A stretch of 64,000 bases of DNA from positions 224,001 to 288,000 of the forward strand of contig CBDEUM010000014.1 of NCBI GenBank assembly GCA_965242925.1, written 5' to 3'. The notes under the pieces are model-generated. The model saw only the letters and a list, made by a program, of their open reading frames with translations, had not been told where the DNA came from and made no database searches. Both the position numbers and the translations under genes were made by a program. The stretch's first letter is position 1. Every line of letters starts with the position of its first letter. The DNA comes from Roseibacillus sp. GTDB lineage: Bacteria; Verrucomicrobiota; Verrucomicrobiia; Verrucomicrobiales; Akkermansiaceae. Shown here piece after piece: positions 10,708 to 21,517 of the stretch.

Positions 10708-13554
10708 ATGCGACTGACCTGCCTTGCTCTCACGCTGGCACTTGCCGCTCCGCTCCCTGCCAATCCGGTCCTCATTCGCGAGACCGGCCCGCTCACGCCG
10801 GAGGAGGAACTCAGGGGGTTCAGCGTTCCGGACGATTTCGAGGTGCAACTCTTCGCAGCGGAGCCCATGATCAACAAGCCCATCAACCTGGCTTGGGATG
10901 GAAAGGGACGACTATGGGTATCATCCACGGTGGAGTATCCCTATGCCGCAGGAAAAGACAGATGGATCGACGGGGAAGGATCGAAAGTCCGGGACAGCCA
11001 CGACGCCATCAAGATCCTGGAAGATGTCGATGGCGACGGGAAGGCCGACAAGGTGATCGACTTCGCAGAGGGCCTGAACATTCCCACTGGCGTGCTCCCC
11101 TGGCACAAGCCGGAACACAAGAACGGTTGTATTGCCTGGAGCATTCCAAATATCTGGTACTTCGCCGATACCACCGGGGACGGCAAAGCCGACCTGCGTG
11201 AGGTCCTTTTCGGGCCAATGGGTTACGAGCGGGACACCCATGGAATGTGTTCCAGCTTCCGACTTGGATCCGACGGCTGGGTTTACGCCACTCATGGATT
11301 CAACAACACCTCAACTGCCACCGCAAGCGACGGCTCAAGGGTGGAGATGCATTCGGGAAACGTCTTTCGCTTCAAACCGGACGGTTCAAGAATCGAAATC
11401 TGGAGCCGTGGACAGGTCAATCCCTTCGGTCTCTGCTTCGACAAGAGAGGCAATCTCTACAGCGCGGACTGCCACAGTGCCCCGATCTACCAGCTCATTC
11501 GCGGAGCCTACTATCCAAGCTTCGGAAAGCCGCACGACGGGATGGGTTTCGGGCCCACCATGATCCAGCACACCCACGGCTCCACCGGGATCTGCGGAAT
11601 TGTCTTCGTCGATCGCAACCAGTGGGGCCGGCGCTGGAACTACCGCATGCTCATTGGCAACCCGGTCAATTCGGTGATCAACCACGACGGGATCAAATAT
11701 GCCGGCACCACCCCCATCGCGGTGGAGCAACCCGACTTCATGACCAGCAAGGACCCCTGGTTCCGACCGGTCGACCTCTGCCTTGGCGAAGACGGAGCCC
11801 TCTACGTCGCCGACTTTTACAATAAGATCATCGGCCACTACGAAGTTCCACTCGACCATCCGGGCCGGGATCGGGAGCGCGGACGCATCTGGCGTGTGGT
11901 CTACAAGGGCGGAGCGGCTGCCCCCGGCCCCATGACTCTCCCCAAACCCAGTGCCAATCCGGTTGACGACCTCAAGTCCCGGGCCCCCTACACCCGGCGG
12001 GCTGCCGCGGCCCACCTCCAGCAGAACCCCCGGGCCGGAGCCCTGGACCCACTCCTTGAACTTTACTACCGCGAACGTCCCGACGACACCCACCTGCGGC
12101 ACGTGCTCCGGCTTGCAATCCGCGCGCAACTTGGGGTGCCCGCTGCCCTCCAGAGCGAGACGGCGTCCCGGCTCCTGCCCACCAACATCGCCCTCGCAAG
12201 TCACAACCAGCCCACTGCCGCGTTTCTTCTCCAGCGCCTGCAACGTGGCCCACGGCTACGACACACCCTCGAGATTCTCCAGCACCTCGCCCGTCACGGG
12301 GATTCCGGAGTGGTGGAGGGCGCAATCGCATGGGTGAAAACGCAGCATGACCGGCCGGTCCCCGTGCGCGCACGCCAATCAAGTGCCCTGCTGCAGGGCC
12401 TGCAGGAACGCGGCGAGCTGAAACCCCGTGCCTCCCTGGTCCGCCTGGGACAGGAAGTCGCCCACGCTCTCCTCGACGAGGAACGAGAGATCCATTGGAC
12501 GGTAAGCCCTCATCCCACCGATCCCGGGGGAGCTTCACCATGGATCATCCAGCAACGCAGGTGCGGCGACGGAAAAACCGTGGACGTCATCTCCAGTCTC
12601 CCCACTGGAACTCCCGGGGCAGAGACCTTCACCGGGATTCTGCGCACCGTAGCCTTTGAAGCCCCGGCCAGACTGAGTTTCTGGCTCTGCGGTCACCGCG
12701 GGCATCCGGATCAACCTGCTCACGAGAAGAACCTCGTGCGCCTGGTAGAAACGGCAACAGGCAGGGAATTGCACTGCAGCTACCCACCGCGCAACGATGC
12801 CGCCACCCGGATCGAGTGGGATCTCTCCGGCGCAAAGGGCCGCCAGGTGCAGTTGGAGGTGGTGGACGGCGACAATGGCGCTGCCTTCGCCTGGCTGGCG
12901 GTGACACGCCTTGAACCGGAAGTGGCCAAGGTGGAATCATTTGGACCGGCCGGGATTCACAGTGACCTCCTGCAGGAACTCGCCAGCCTGCTCCTGGTCA
13001 GCGCCCCCGTCGACCTGCGCGATCGCCTGCGACCCTTCCTTCCTCCTGCTCCGGCGCCTGCTCCTGCGGCCGTCTCCAAGGAGGAGCGCACCCGGCTCGA
13101 CCAGCTCATCGCACAACGCACGACCTCCTTCGCAGGGATTAGTCCCGACCTGATCCGGGGAAAAGCGCTCTTCAGAACCCACTGTGCCTCCTGCCATCAG
13201 GTGGCTGGCGAGGGCGCTCTCCTCGGTCCCCAACTGGACGGCATTGGGGCCCGGGGTCCTGCCCGGCTGAGCGAGGATATCCTGGACCCCAACCGCAACG
13301 TGGATGCCCACTTTCATCTGACCACCCTGAGGCTCAAGGACGGCACCATCACAACCGGTTTTATCCGTGGGCAATCAGGAGCGATTCTCCTCCTCGTGGA
13401 TCCCGCGAGCAAGGAACACCGACTGCAGAAGGATGCGGTTGAGAGCAGGGAAACCATCCCCCGCTCCCTCATGCCGCCCACCTTCGAGCACCTGCTCAAG
13501 GAGGCCGAATTCAATGATCTCCTGGGCTGGCTTCTCTCTCAGAAGAAGCAGTAA
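10708..13554 (+). CDS. PVC-type membrane-bound dehydrogenase-like / heme-binding CxxCH protein
   Basis: FxVPDDFEVQLFAAEP N-terminus, WFRPVD, ALYVADFYNKIIGHYE, HEAT-like middle, C-terminal CASCH...GPQLDG...SLMP. Confidence 0.88.
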   Translation: MRLTCLALTLALAAPLPANPVLIRETGPLTPEEELRGFSVPDDFEVQLFAAEPMINKPINLAWDGKGRLWVSSTVEYPYAAGKDRWIDGEGSKVRDSHDAIKILEDVDGDGKADKVIDFAEGLNIPTGVLPWHKPEHKNGCIAWSIPNIWYFADTTGDGKADLREVLFGPMGYERDTHGMCSSFRLGSDGWVYATHGFNNTSTATASDGSRVEMHSGNVFRFKPDGSRIEIWSRGQVNPFGLCFDKRGNLYSADCHSAPIYQLIRGAYYPSFGKPHDGMGFGPTMIQHTHGSTGICGIVFVDRNQWGRRWNYRMLIGNPVNSVINHDGIKYAGTTPIAVEQPDFMTSKDPWFRPVDLCLGEDGALYVADFYNKIIGHYEVPLDHPGRDRERGRIWRVVYKGGAAAPGPMTLPKPSANPVDDLKSRAPYTRRAAAAHLQQNPRAGALDPLLELYYRERPDDTHLRHVLRLAIRAQLGVPAALQSETASRLLPTNIALASHNQPTAAFLLQRLQRGPRLRHTLEILQHLARHGDSGVVEGAIAWVKTQHDRPVPVRARQSSALLQGLQERGELKPRASLVRLGQEVAHALLDEEREIHWTVSPHPTDPGGASPWIIQQRRCGDGKTVDVISSLPTGTPGAETFTGILRTVAFEAPARLSFWLCGHRGHPDQPAHEKNLVRLVETATGRELHCSYPPRNDAATRIEWDLSGAKGRQVQLEVVDGDNGAAFAWLAVTRLEPEVAKVESFGPAGIHSDLLQELASLLLVSAPVDLRDRLRPFLPPAPAPAPAAVSKEERTRLDQLIAQRTTSFAGISPDLIRGKALFRTHCASCHQVAGEGALLGPQLDGIGARGPARLSEDILDPNRNVDAHFHLTTLRLKDGTITTGFIRGQSGAILLLVDPASKEHRLQKDAVESRETIPRSLMPPTFEHLLKEAEFNDLLGWLLSQKKQ

Positions 13555-13606
13555 CCCCGTGCGACCCGGTCCCATCCCGTCGCTCTACCCGCTCTCCTGG
13601 TCGGCC

Positions 13607-13638
13607 CCCCGCTACCACTTGGCTCCCCGCTACCACTT
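13607..13638. repeat. 14-bp direct repeat (ccccgctaccactt x2) at the 3' end of the gluconolactonase gene
   Basis: Copies at 13607-13620 and 13625-13638. Confidence 0.8.
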
Positions 13639-14529
13639 CACGCCCTTGGGCTTGGCGCCCCGCGCCAGCGTCTTCACTGAATAGAGCGAGGTGCGGGCGG
13701 TAATAAAGAGAGTATCGTAGTTGTCCCCCCCGAAGCAGACATTGGCGGGATGCTCGGGCGTTTCAATCACCCCGATCTTTCCCCCGTCCTTGTCAAACAC
13801 GTGGATCCCACCCCGCGAAGTAGTGTAGATATTCCCCTCGGTATCGATGCACATCCCGTCGCAGCGGATATCGATCTCAAAAAGCGGCTCCCCGAGCATG
13901 CCCTTCTCCACGACGTCGAAGGACCGGATCTTACCGACCTTGCCGGTGTCCGCGATGTAGACGCGCTTCTCATCCGGGGAAAAAGCGATCCCATTGGGCA
14001 TGTCATGCCCCTTGTAAAGGACATCGATGCCTGTCTTACCGATACGCCAGACCCACTTTCCACCAATCTCACCGGGCTTGCCCCTCAATCCATAACTGGG
14101 ATCGGTGAACCAGACTTCGCCATTGGAAAGAATGGCCAGGTCATTGGGGGAATTCAACTTCTTCCCCCCGATGTTGTCAGCAAGAACGGTGACTTTTCCC
14201 CCCGAATCGGTGCGAATCACGTTTCGGCCCGCGTGCTGGCAGGTGAGAAGATTGCCCTCCAGGTCGAGGATGTTGCCATTGGACTGCTGCACCTCCCGGT
14301 ATTCCCTGAGTCCACCCTTTCTGCTCCACTGCATGAGAACGCTGTTGGGAATGTCACTGAAGACCACCATCTTCCCGGAGGGAATCCAGACTGGCCCCTC
14401 CGTAAATTTCATCCCCCCCCCGAGCTTCTCCACCTTCGCCTCAGGCGACACGATCTTCGCCAGATCGGCTGGGGACAGGCTGGCAATAATGAGAGAAAGA
14501 ACGAGAACGAGAGGAAGAACCTGTTTCAT
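13630..14529 (-). CDS. SMP-30/gluconolactonase/LRE family protein
   Basis: FTEGPVW, FSDIP, LNSPNDL, FTDPSYG, PNGIAFSPD, DGMCID, PANVCFGG. Signal peptide from ATG 14529. Confidence 0.92.
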   Translation of the reverse strand: MKQVLPLVLVLSLIIASLSPADLAKIVSPEAKVEKLGGGMKFTEGPVWIPSGKMVVFSDIPNSVLMQWSRKGGLREYREVQQSNGNILDLEGNLLTCQHAGRNVIRTDSGGKVTVLADNIGGKKLNSPNDLAILSNGEVWFTDPSYGLRGKPGEIGGKWVWRIGKTGIDVLYKGHDMPNGIAFSPDEKRVYIADTGKVGKIRSFDVVEKGMLGEPLFEIDIRCDGMCIDTEGNIYTTSRGGIHVFDKDGGKIGVIETPEHPANVCFGGDNYDTLFITARTSLYSVKTLARGAKPKGVKW

Positions 14530-14714
14530 GGGAGCATCTTGCAGGGCCCTTCCCCGATGGCAATGCCCTTCTAAGCTCTCACAGGCAGAGATTGGCACCC
14601 TGCTTGTAGTTGAAACATGCCACCCCCTTTGTTCCGGAAACTGTCTCTGTTCCATGGATTCATTCTCTGTCCTTCCCGGAGGCACGCCAACGTCCTAGGG
14701 TTCCCTGCATTGAA

Positions 14715-15650
14715 ATGAAAAATGCATTCCCGACCATCATGACCATACTGGCGCTGGGACATGGCGCCGACCGAGGGGCAGCCCAGTCCGACAACTGGGG
14801 CAAAACAACAACGCAAAAAGCTGAATTTCATGCCGCCAGTGATGTCCCCCGTTCCCAGGTCGAGCTCACCAGACAATGGTATGAAATAGCTTCCAGGGCC
14901 TGGGGTAATTACGGACCCCTGGAGTTCTGGATTGTCGGTCGCAACGAGGCCGCGGCGAGAGAGCTGGACAAAAAACATTGCGGGATCAGGAAGAAGAAAG
15001 ATCCCTCCGTCAGCCTCCGGCACTGCCTGGACAGAGGACACAATTTTGTTTCGTACGCAAAAGACGGGAATGCAGGCCTCAACACCAGGCGGAATGAAAA
15101 CGAAGAGTGGTCCGGCTTCATTATAACCATGTCCGCCAGGTATCCCGGTCCGGAAGAGGAGGATTACAAACCCGTGGTCTTGCACGAATATTTTCATGTC
15201 TACCAGCATGCACACATCCACAGCAGAAAGGACTCCGTCCGGAAGAGCCTGAACCAGGAAAATCCATGGTGGGGAGAGGGCGGGGCCGAATACATGGCCC
15301 AGCTGCTCTACTCAAAACAGAAAGGAGTCAGGCCAGGCTATTTAAAGGAAACCATGAAGCGGAAACTGAGATCATTGAAGGACCTCCGCCAAGGGGAGAA
15401 TATCAGGGATGTTCCCTATGGCAGGAGAGGAAGAATCTCCTATGACCTGGGAGCGTGGTTTATTGCATTCATTATCAGTAAATCCAGCGAGGAGGCTTAC
15501 CGGGTCAGGTTCTTCAAGGAGCTGGACTCAAAGGGTTTTGAAGGTGCCTTCGTGAAAAGCTTCGGGCAATCTTCGAAGGATCTTCTCGATGAATTCCACA
15601 ATGGTTTCCTCCAGTCGGATCTTGAGGAAAAGATGAAGATTATCCCTTAG
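14715..15650 (+). CDS. Secreted putative zinc metallopeptidase (gluzincin-like)
   Basis: HEYFH (HExxH) followed by WWGEGGAEY; signal-like N-terminus. Confidence 0.6.
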   Translation: MKNAFPTIMTILALGHGADRGAAQSDNWGKTTTQKAEFHAASDVPRSQVELTRQWYEIASRAWGNYGPLEFWIVGRNEAAARELDKKHCGIRKKKDPSVSLRHCLDRGHNFVSYAKDGNAGLNTRRNENEEWSGFIITMSARYPGPEEEDYKPVVLHEYFHVYQHAHIHSRKDSVRKSLNQENPWWGEGGAEYMAQLLYSKQKGVRPGYLKETMKRKLRSLKDLRQGENIRDVPYGRRGRISYDLGAWFIAFIISKSSEEAYRVRFFKELDSKGFEGAFVKSFGQSSKDLLDEFHNGFLQSDLEEKMKIIP

Positions 15651-15877
15651 CATTCCCGCTTACGCCTTACGGGGCTGGCCTGCGGCATCCACGCGGCGGA
15701 AGCCTCCATTGTTCTGCCCCGGGACAAGGGCACCCGGTGCCGGCAAAACAAGCCGTGATGATTGGCAGCTCCATTTTCATGACTGCGCCCTGCGCCAAAT
15801 CTCCGGGAGGGAAATCTGAAGGTTGCCGCCCTCTTTTCCGGATGGCGAATCCCTCCTCTCTGCGCTAAGAGGCCCCC

Positions 15878-17191
15878 ATGTTCTTGTCCCTGCGTTATCT
15901 CTTCCCGCTGCTGGTGCTCGCCCTCATTGCGGTCGTCTCCCTGGGCGGGGGCCATGAAACCCCGGTCCCGATCCGAGCCTACGTGGGCGCACGGATTATT
16001 CCGGTAACCTCTCCCGAGATTGCGGACGGCGTCCTCCTCGTCAAGGGGGAGACCATCGCGGCCGTGGGAAAGCGCGGCGAGGTTGTCATCCCGGATGACG
16101 CCGAAGTGATCGACGTAAAAGGCAAGGTCCTCTTTCCGGGTCTGGTCTGCACCCACTCCCACATCGGAAAAGTCCAGGGCGGAGATGGCTCTTCGCCCAT
16201 CCAGCCGGATGTGCGGGTGCTTGATTCCATTGACGTCCTCGACAGCACCGTTGAAAAGGCCCGCGCCGGGGGCATCACCATGGCCAACCTCATGTCCGGT
16301 TCAGGGCACCTGCTCTCCGGTCAGACCGCCTACCTCAAACTACGGGACGGCAACACCATCGAGGATCTCGCGGTACGCAATGAGGACGGTTCGATGGCGG
16401 GCGGAATCAAGATGGCCAACGGAACAAACTCTATCAAGGGTTCGGGTGGATCCCCCGGAACGCGGGGCAAGTCGGCCGCGCTGGTCCGGGCACAGTTCCT
16501 CAAGGCCCAACGCTACCGCGAAAAGCTGGCCAAGGGTGGCGATGACCCGCCCGAGCGCGATCTCGCCATGGAAGCTCTCGTGGAGGTTCTTGAAGGCAAT
16601 CGGGTGGTCCATCACCACACCCACCGCCACGACGACATCATTACCGTGCTGCGATTGAAAAAGGAGTTCGGCTTCAAGGTCGTCCTGCACCACGTCTCCG
16701 AGGCATGGAAAGTGGCGGACGAAATTGCGGAGGCCAAGGTGCCCTGCTCCATCATATATCTCGACTCACCCGGTGGAAAGCTGGAGGCGCGTGACCTCGA
16801 GTGGAAAAACGGAGCGGAACTGGAAAAGCGCGGGGTGCTCACCGCCTTCCATACGGATGACCCGATCAACGATTCGCGCTGGTTCCTGCGCAGCGCCGGT
16901 CTGGCGGTGCGGTCCGGGATGTCCCGTCAGAAGGCGCTTGAGGCGGTCACCATCGCGGGCGCCGAAATGATGGACCAGGCTCGCCACACCGGGTCGCTCA
17001 CGGTGGGAAAGAAAGCGGATTTTGTGATTCTGAATGGAGACCCCCTCTCGGTTTACACGCGGGTGCTGGAAACCCACGTGGAGGGGAGGAAGGTCTTCGA
17101 CCTCGACGATCCCAGGGACAAACTCTGGGCCGAAGGCGGGTTTGGTGCCGGTCACAAGCGACGTGCCAGCGGCTGCTGCTTCACCAGATAG
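15878..17191 (+). CDS. Amidohydrolase family protein (metal ligands intact)
   Basis: PGLVCTHSHIG, KMANGTN, HHHTHRHDD, LHHVSEAW, HTDDP, GSLTVGKKADFV. Confidence 0.88.
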   Translation: MFLSLRYLFPLLVLALIAVVSLGGGHETPVPIRAYVGARIIPVTSPEIADGVLLVKGETIAAVGKRGEVVIPDDAEVIDVKGKVLFPGLVCTHSHIGKVQGGDGSSPIQPDVRVLDSIDVLDSTVEKARAGGITMANLMSGSGHLLSGQTAYLKLRDGNTIEDLAVRNEDGSMAGGIKMANGTNSIKGSGGSPGTRGKSAALVRAQFLKAQRYREKLAKGGDDPPERDLAMEALVEVLEGNRVVHHHTHRHDDIITVLRLKKEFGFKVVLHHVSEAWKVADEIAEAKVPCSIIYLDSPGGKLEARDLEWKNGAELEKRGVLTAFHTDDPINDSRWFLRSAGLAVRSGMSRQKALEAVTIAGAEMMDQARHTGSLTVGKKADFVILNGDPLSVYTRVLETHVEGRKVFDLDDPRDKLWAEGGFGAGHKRRASGCCFTR

Positions 17192-17203
17192 GAGGACGAT
17201 CCA

Positions 17204-18436
17204 ATGAAGATATCCCCATTACTGACGATCCTCCTCCCGCTTACCGTGGCGACGGCCGGCGCCCAGATGGCCGTGCAGGCGGAATTGCTCTACCCCATGA
17301 CCGGGGATCTCAAACCCATCGAGGACGGAGTGGTGCTCTGCTCAAAGGACGGCAAGATCGAGAAGGTGGGCCCGGCCGGGGCCGTGCCCATTCCAGAGGG
17401 CTACCAGGTGCTCAAGGCCAAAGTGGCGACCCCGGGTTTCATCGATGCCCACTCCACCGTCGGCCTCTCGGGCATTCTGAATCTCGACCGTCACGACCAG
17501 GAACAACTGGAGAAATCGGCTCCGATCCAGCCCGAACTACGCGCCATCGACGCCTACAACGGGCGCGACCCACTCGTGAAATGGATCCGCCAACTGGGCA
17601 TCACCACGATCCACACCGGACACGCCCCCGGCGCCCTGGTGGCCGGGCAGACCATGATCCTCAAGACGAATGTCCCTACCATCACCGACCCGGAGAAAAA
17701 CACCCTGCGGCCTTTCTCCATGGTGGCCAGCACCCTCGGTCCGGACGGTTTCGGAGGAGGAGGAAAGGCCCCCGGAAGCCGGGCCAAGTCTCTCGCCATG
17801 CTGCGCGAAAACCTGCTCAAGGCGCAGAGCCACCTGAAGAAAAGGAAGAAGGCGAAGGAGGACGAAACGCCCGATCCCGACCTCAGGATGGATGCCCTCG
17901 CGGATGTCCTTGAAAAGAAAGTGCCCCTCCTCATCACGGCGCGGCGTCATCACGATATCGCCGCCGCCCTGCGCCTCCAGAAGGAGTTTGGATTCCGCCT
18001 TGTCCTCGATGGAGCCTCCGAGGCCTACCTGCTGCTGGAGGAGATCAGGGACGCCGGGGTTCCCGTTCTGGTCCACCCCACCATGGCCCGACCCTATGGC
18101 GAGAACGAGAACATGACCTTCACCCTGGCCGCCAAGTTGCACGCAGCGGGCATCCCCTTTGCTTTTCAATCAGGATACGAAGGCTATGTGCCCAAGACCC
18201 GTGTCGTGCATTTCGAAGCCGCCCTCGCCGTGGCCTACGGTCTTCCTCACCGGATCGCCCTCGCAGGCTGCACTTCGGCGGCCGCTGAACTGCTTGGAAT
18301 CGCCGACCGGGTGGGATCGCTGAAACCCGGAATGGCGGCTGACCTGGCCCTGTTTGATGGCGATCCCCTCGAAACCGTGACGCATTGCACCGGAGTGATC
18401 ATCGATGGCGTGGTCGTCTCCGAGAAAGTGAAGTAG
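17204..18436 (+). CDS. Amidohydrolase family protein (degenerate metal site)
   Basis: PGFIDAHSTVG and GSLKPGMAADLALFDGDP; paralogous to the upstream gene. Confidence 0.85.
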   Translation: MKISPLLTILLPLTVATAGAQMAVQAELLYPMTGDLKPIEDGVVLCSKDGKIEKVGPAGAVPIPEGYQVLKAKVATPGFIDAHSTVGLSGILNLDRHDQEQLEKSAPIQPELRAIDAYNGRDPLVKWIRQLGITTIHTGHAPGALVAGQTMILKTNVPTITDPEKNTLRPFSMVASTLGPDGFGGGGKAPGSRAKSLAMLRENLLKAQSHLKKRKKAKEDETPDPDLRMDALADVLEKKVPLLITARRHHDIAAALRLQKEFGFRLVLDGASEAYLLLEEIRDAGVPVLVHPTMARPYGENENMTFTLAAKLHAAGIPFAFQSGYEGYVPKTRVVHFEAALAVAYGLPHRIALAGCTSAAAELLGIADRVGSLKPGMAADLALFDGDPLETVTHCTGVIIDGVVVSEKVK

Positions 18437-18538
18437 AGCCTTTGAAGAGGGCCTCCACACAATGACTGACGCTTCAGGCATAATGATCACGGTGAACACC
18501 TTTCCTCCCTCCTGGAATTGGGGTATTGCACGTCGCCC

Positions 18539-20392
18539 ATGAACCGCATCTCCCGCCTTCTCTCCTGCGTTCTATTCCTTGCCCTGCCTGCTTCCGCCCG
18601 GACCTTTCCAGAGGCCGAACAGACCGCACACAAGCAGGGCGGAAAGGCTCTGAAGCAATCCGTGCAGGGCATTTCCGAAAAGGACCTGCGCAATTACGTA
18701 ACTCGCCTCGCCTCCCCCGAATACGAAGGCCGGGGAACAGGAGACAAGGGCGAACGCATGGCGACCTCCTATCTGGCTGCCTTCTTTGAAGGTCTCGGCC
18801 TGCAGCCCGCAGGAGCAGACGAATCCTACTTTCAGCCCTTCGACTTCCCGGCCGGCATGAAACTGGACGGCAAGAATGATCTCACCTTTGACAGGGTGAT
18901 CCCTGCCGGTTTTGGCAGAACCATCACCCCGGGGGAGCACTACCAACCGCTGTCCTTCAGCCAATCCGGCAAATTTGCGGCGGGGCTGGTCTTTGCCGGG
19001 TTCGGGATTCTCGCCGGGGAATACGACAGCTTTGAAGGATTGGAAGTGAAGGACAAGTGGGTCGTGGTCCTGCGGGGGAACCCGGAAGCGCGTCCACGGC
19101 TCCGCGGCTCCGGCCCACTCATCGTGAAAGCGAACCTGGCGAGGGAGAAGGGCGCGGCTGGGATCATCTTTGTGAAGGGAACCAACAAAGAGATCTCGGC
19201 GGAACTTTTACCGCCCAGTCAGGATATTGGCGGCGGCACGATTCTTCCCGCCATCACCATTACGGACCAGCTGGCCGCCTCCCTCCTCACCGGCAAACCG
19301 GAGCTCTCTTCCCTGAAAGACCTCTTCGAATCCTACTCCACGGCGAGGAAGATCACGGGTTTTGAGCTGAAAACCTGGATCTCCGCCCGGATCGGAGTGG
19401 TCAAACGCCGCGACGAGGGACGCAACGTGATCGCGCGCCTCGTCACGGGCACGAAGCCCTCGGAGGAAGCCATTATCATTGGCGCCCATATCGATCACCT
19501 GGGACATGGTAATCGCGGGGGCAGCCGCGCCCGGGGCGGGGAAGCGGCTGAGCTTCACCTCGGAGCCGACGACAACGCCTCGGGGGTGGCCGCCATGATG
19601 GAACTGGCCCAGCACTTCACTGCCCGGAAAAAGTCCGGGGCTCTCAAACTCAAGCGGGACCTACTCTTCGCAGGATGGTCGGGAGAGGAGCTGGGACTGC
19701 ACGGTTCAAGCCACTACGTCAAGCAGGTCGAAAAGCAGGGAGCCCTGCATCCGCGGGTCGCCGCCTACCTGAACCTCGACATGGTGGGACGGCTCAAGAA
19801 GGAGGGCCTTAACGTGCAGGGAACGGGGTCAAGCCCGGCCTGGGCCGGAGTGCTTGACCGGATTGATAAGCCGGATCAGCTCAGGATCCTCCGCTCCACC
19901 AGTCCCTACCTGCCCACTGACACCACTCCCTTCTACAATGCAGACGTCCCGGTGCTCTCCATCTTTACCGGCCTTCATGACGATTACCACACCCCGCGCG
20001 ACACCATCGAGACGCTCAATTTTGCCGGCCTCCACAAGGTCACCCGCTATGTCCGGAACATGACGGTCGCACTGGCACAGCTTCCCGAGGCCCCTGGCTA
20101 TGTGAAGGTCGAACGCAACCCGGGACGCAATGCGCCACGGGTGCGCCTGGGCATTCAGTTCGAGGCCCTCGAAGAGGGCATCAGGGTGACCAGTGTCCAG
20201 GCGGGATCCGCTGCCGCACGATCGGGCCTGCAGAACAGCGATATCCTCCGGCAGCTGGATGGGATGGATCTCGCGAATACGAATGATCTGACCGCCGTTC
20301 TCCGTAGGCTTGAGCCGGGAAAGGAGTACCCCTTGGCAGTCGGCCGCAGGGGGAAGGACCTCAAACTCCGAATAGTCCCCGAGAGGCGGTAG
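18539..20392 (+). CDS. M28 family peptidase with PA and C-terminal PDZ domains
   Basis: EGRGTG, GAHIDHLG, GADDNASG, SGEELGLHGS, NLDMVG, HDDYHTPRD; PDZ-like RLGI...GSAAARSGLQNSDIL. Confidence 0.92.
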   Translation: MNRISRLLSCVLFLALPASARTFPEAEQTAHKQGGKALKQSVQGISEKDLRNYVTRLASPEYEGRGTGDKGERMATSYLAAFFEGLGLQPAGADESYFQPFDFPAGMKLDGKNDLTFDRVIPAGFGRTITPGEHYQPLSFSQSGKFAAGLVFAGFGILAGEYDSFEGLEVKDKWVVVLRGNPEARPRLRGSGPLIVKANLAREKGAAGIIFVKGTNKEISAELLPPSQDIGGGTILPAITITDQLAASLLTGKPELSSLKDLFESYSTARKITGFELKTWISARIGVVKRRDEGRNVIARLVTGTKPSEEAIIIGAHIDHLGHGNRGGSRARGGEAAELHLGADDNASGVAAMMELAQHFTARKKSGALKLKRDLLFAGWSGEELGLHGSSHYVKQVEKQGALHPRVAAYLNLDMVGRLKKEGLNVQGTGSSPAWAGVLDRIDKPDQLRILRSTSPYLPTDTTPFYNADVPVLSIFTGLHDDYHTPRDTIETLNFAGLHKVTRYVRNMTVALAQLPEAPGYVKVERNPGRNAPRVRLGIQFEALEEGIRVTSVQAGSAAARSGLQNSDILRQLDGMDLANTNDLTAVLRRLEPGKEYPLAVGRRGKDLKLRIVPERR

Positions 20393-20659
20393 GAGTCCAG
20401 GCCGATCTCCCAACGGACATCAGAAGTCACCTCCCTCCGTCATCCGCCAATCTCGAAGGCCCCGGAGGATGCCTCGACATCGGGGGCGGCACGGCAGGAA
20501 CTTTGCCTGAAGCAACATTCGGTCAGATTTACGAGGCCTCAACTGCACCCTGGCAATCTGGAAGCTCACCTGCTTTCCGGGAAGGTTGTTACCTTCTTCA
20601 TTCCGCTCCCCTCCGTGAGTGCATGAAAAATGAGACCTCCCCGGATTCTTCAGCAGTCT

Positions 20660-21325
20660 TTACACCTGCTGAGCAGTTTTTCGTTCGATCTCCCTGAGCG
20701 CTTTGACGAGATCAAGAGAGGTTGCAAACAACAGGCAGTAGGCCAGTAGTTCTGACAGTTCCTCATAAAAGACATGATGACGGAACCCGAAGAGATCTTT
20801 CTCGAAGGCCCTGCTCAGCGCGACGAGAAGAATGGCCGCCTGGACAAGATGAATACCGAGCGATGACCGCAGGTAGAGCCTTCTGTTGCCGAGATAGTAT
20901 TTCGCATCCTTTAGCATCAGGACCAGCAAGACCAGGGCCACGAGGAAAAAGATCGCCCTGCCCTCCTCCGCGAGCAGGAAGATCAACCATGTGGACACCC
21001 CCAGCTCATCCACATCCACCTCACGGAACGAAAAAATAAAACAAAGAACCGCCAGGAACAGGGCCAGCGCCCTGTGCTTTCCCCTCAGGGCGAATCCCGC
21101 GAAAGCAAAAACAACGCAACTGACCAGGAGCACCCCAGCCTGGATATTCTCCATCCAGCTGTTTTCTTCGTAGATAAAATCCATCCCCCGCCCGATCGCC
21201 AGATACCAGAGCACCAGATTCCCGGAGAGGAGCACCGACAACACGATGAGATTCCTGCGATCCAGAAAAATGAATCCCGTTGCGAGCAACACGCCAAACA
21301 GAATCGCAATGAGAAAGGAATCCAT
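20660..21325 (-). CDS. Hypothetical polytopic membrane protein
   Basis: About 7 hydrophobic segments; acidic motifs ENSWMENIQ, FREVD, YEELSEL. Confidence 0.6.
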   Translation of the reverse strand: MDSFLIAILFGVLLATGFIFLDRRNLIVLSVLLSGNLVLWYLAIGRGMDFIYEENSWMENIQAGVLLVSCVVFAFAGFALRGKHRALALFLAVLCFIFSFREVDVDELGVSTWLIFLLAEEGRAIFFLVALVLLVLMLKDAKYYLGNRRLYLRSSLGIHLVQAAILLVALSRAFEKDLFGFRHHVFYEELSELLAYCLLFATSLDLVKALREIERKTAQQV

Positions 21326-21517
21326 CAGGAAGCCGGGTTCAGACCTTGCCAGGCGAGCGGGAATACGGACTCATGGAGAAGCTGGCAGGCTGGGTTTCAG
21401 GAGATATTGGGGGATCCGGAAGAAAAGGATCCAGATGGGACACGGAACGCCATCATCACGTGCATTCCAGTATCACGGCTGATGCAAACATCCAAGATAG
21501 GATATCCAGCCGCCGGA

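Noticed and set aside
13607..13638. 14-bp direct repeat as a target-site duplication or CRISPR remnant
   Set aside because: Only two copies 4 nt apart, with no mobile element or cas gene; likely local slippage.
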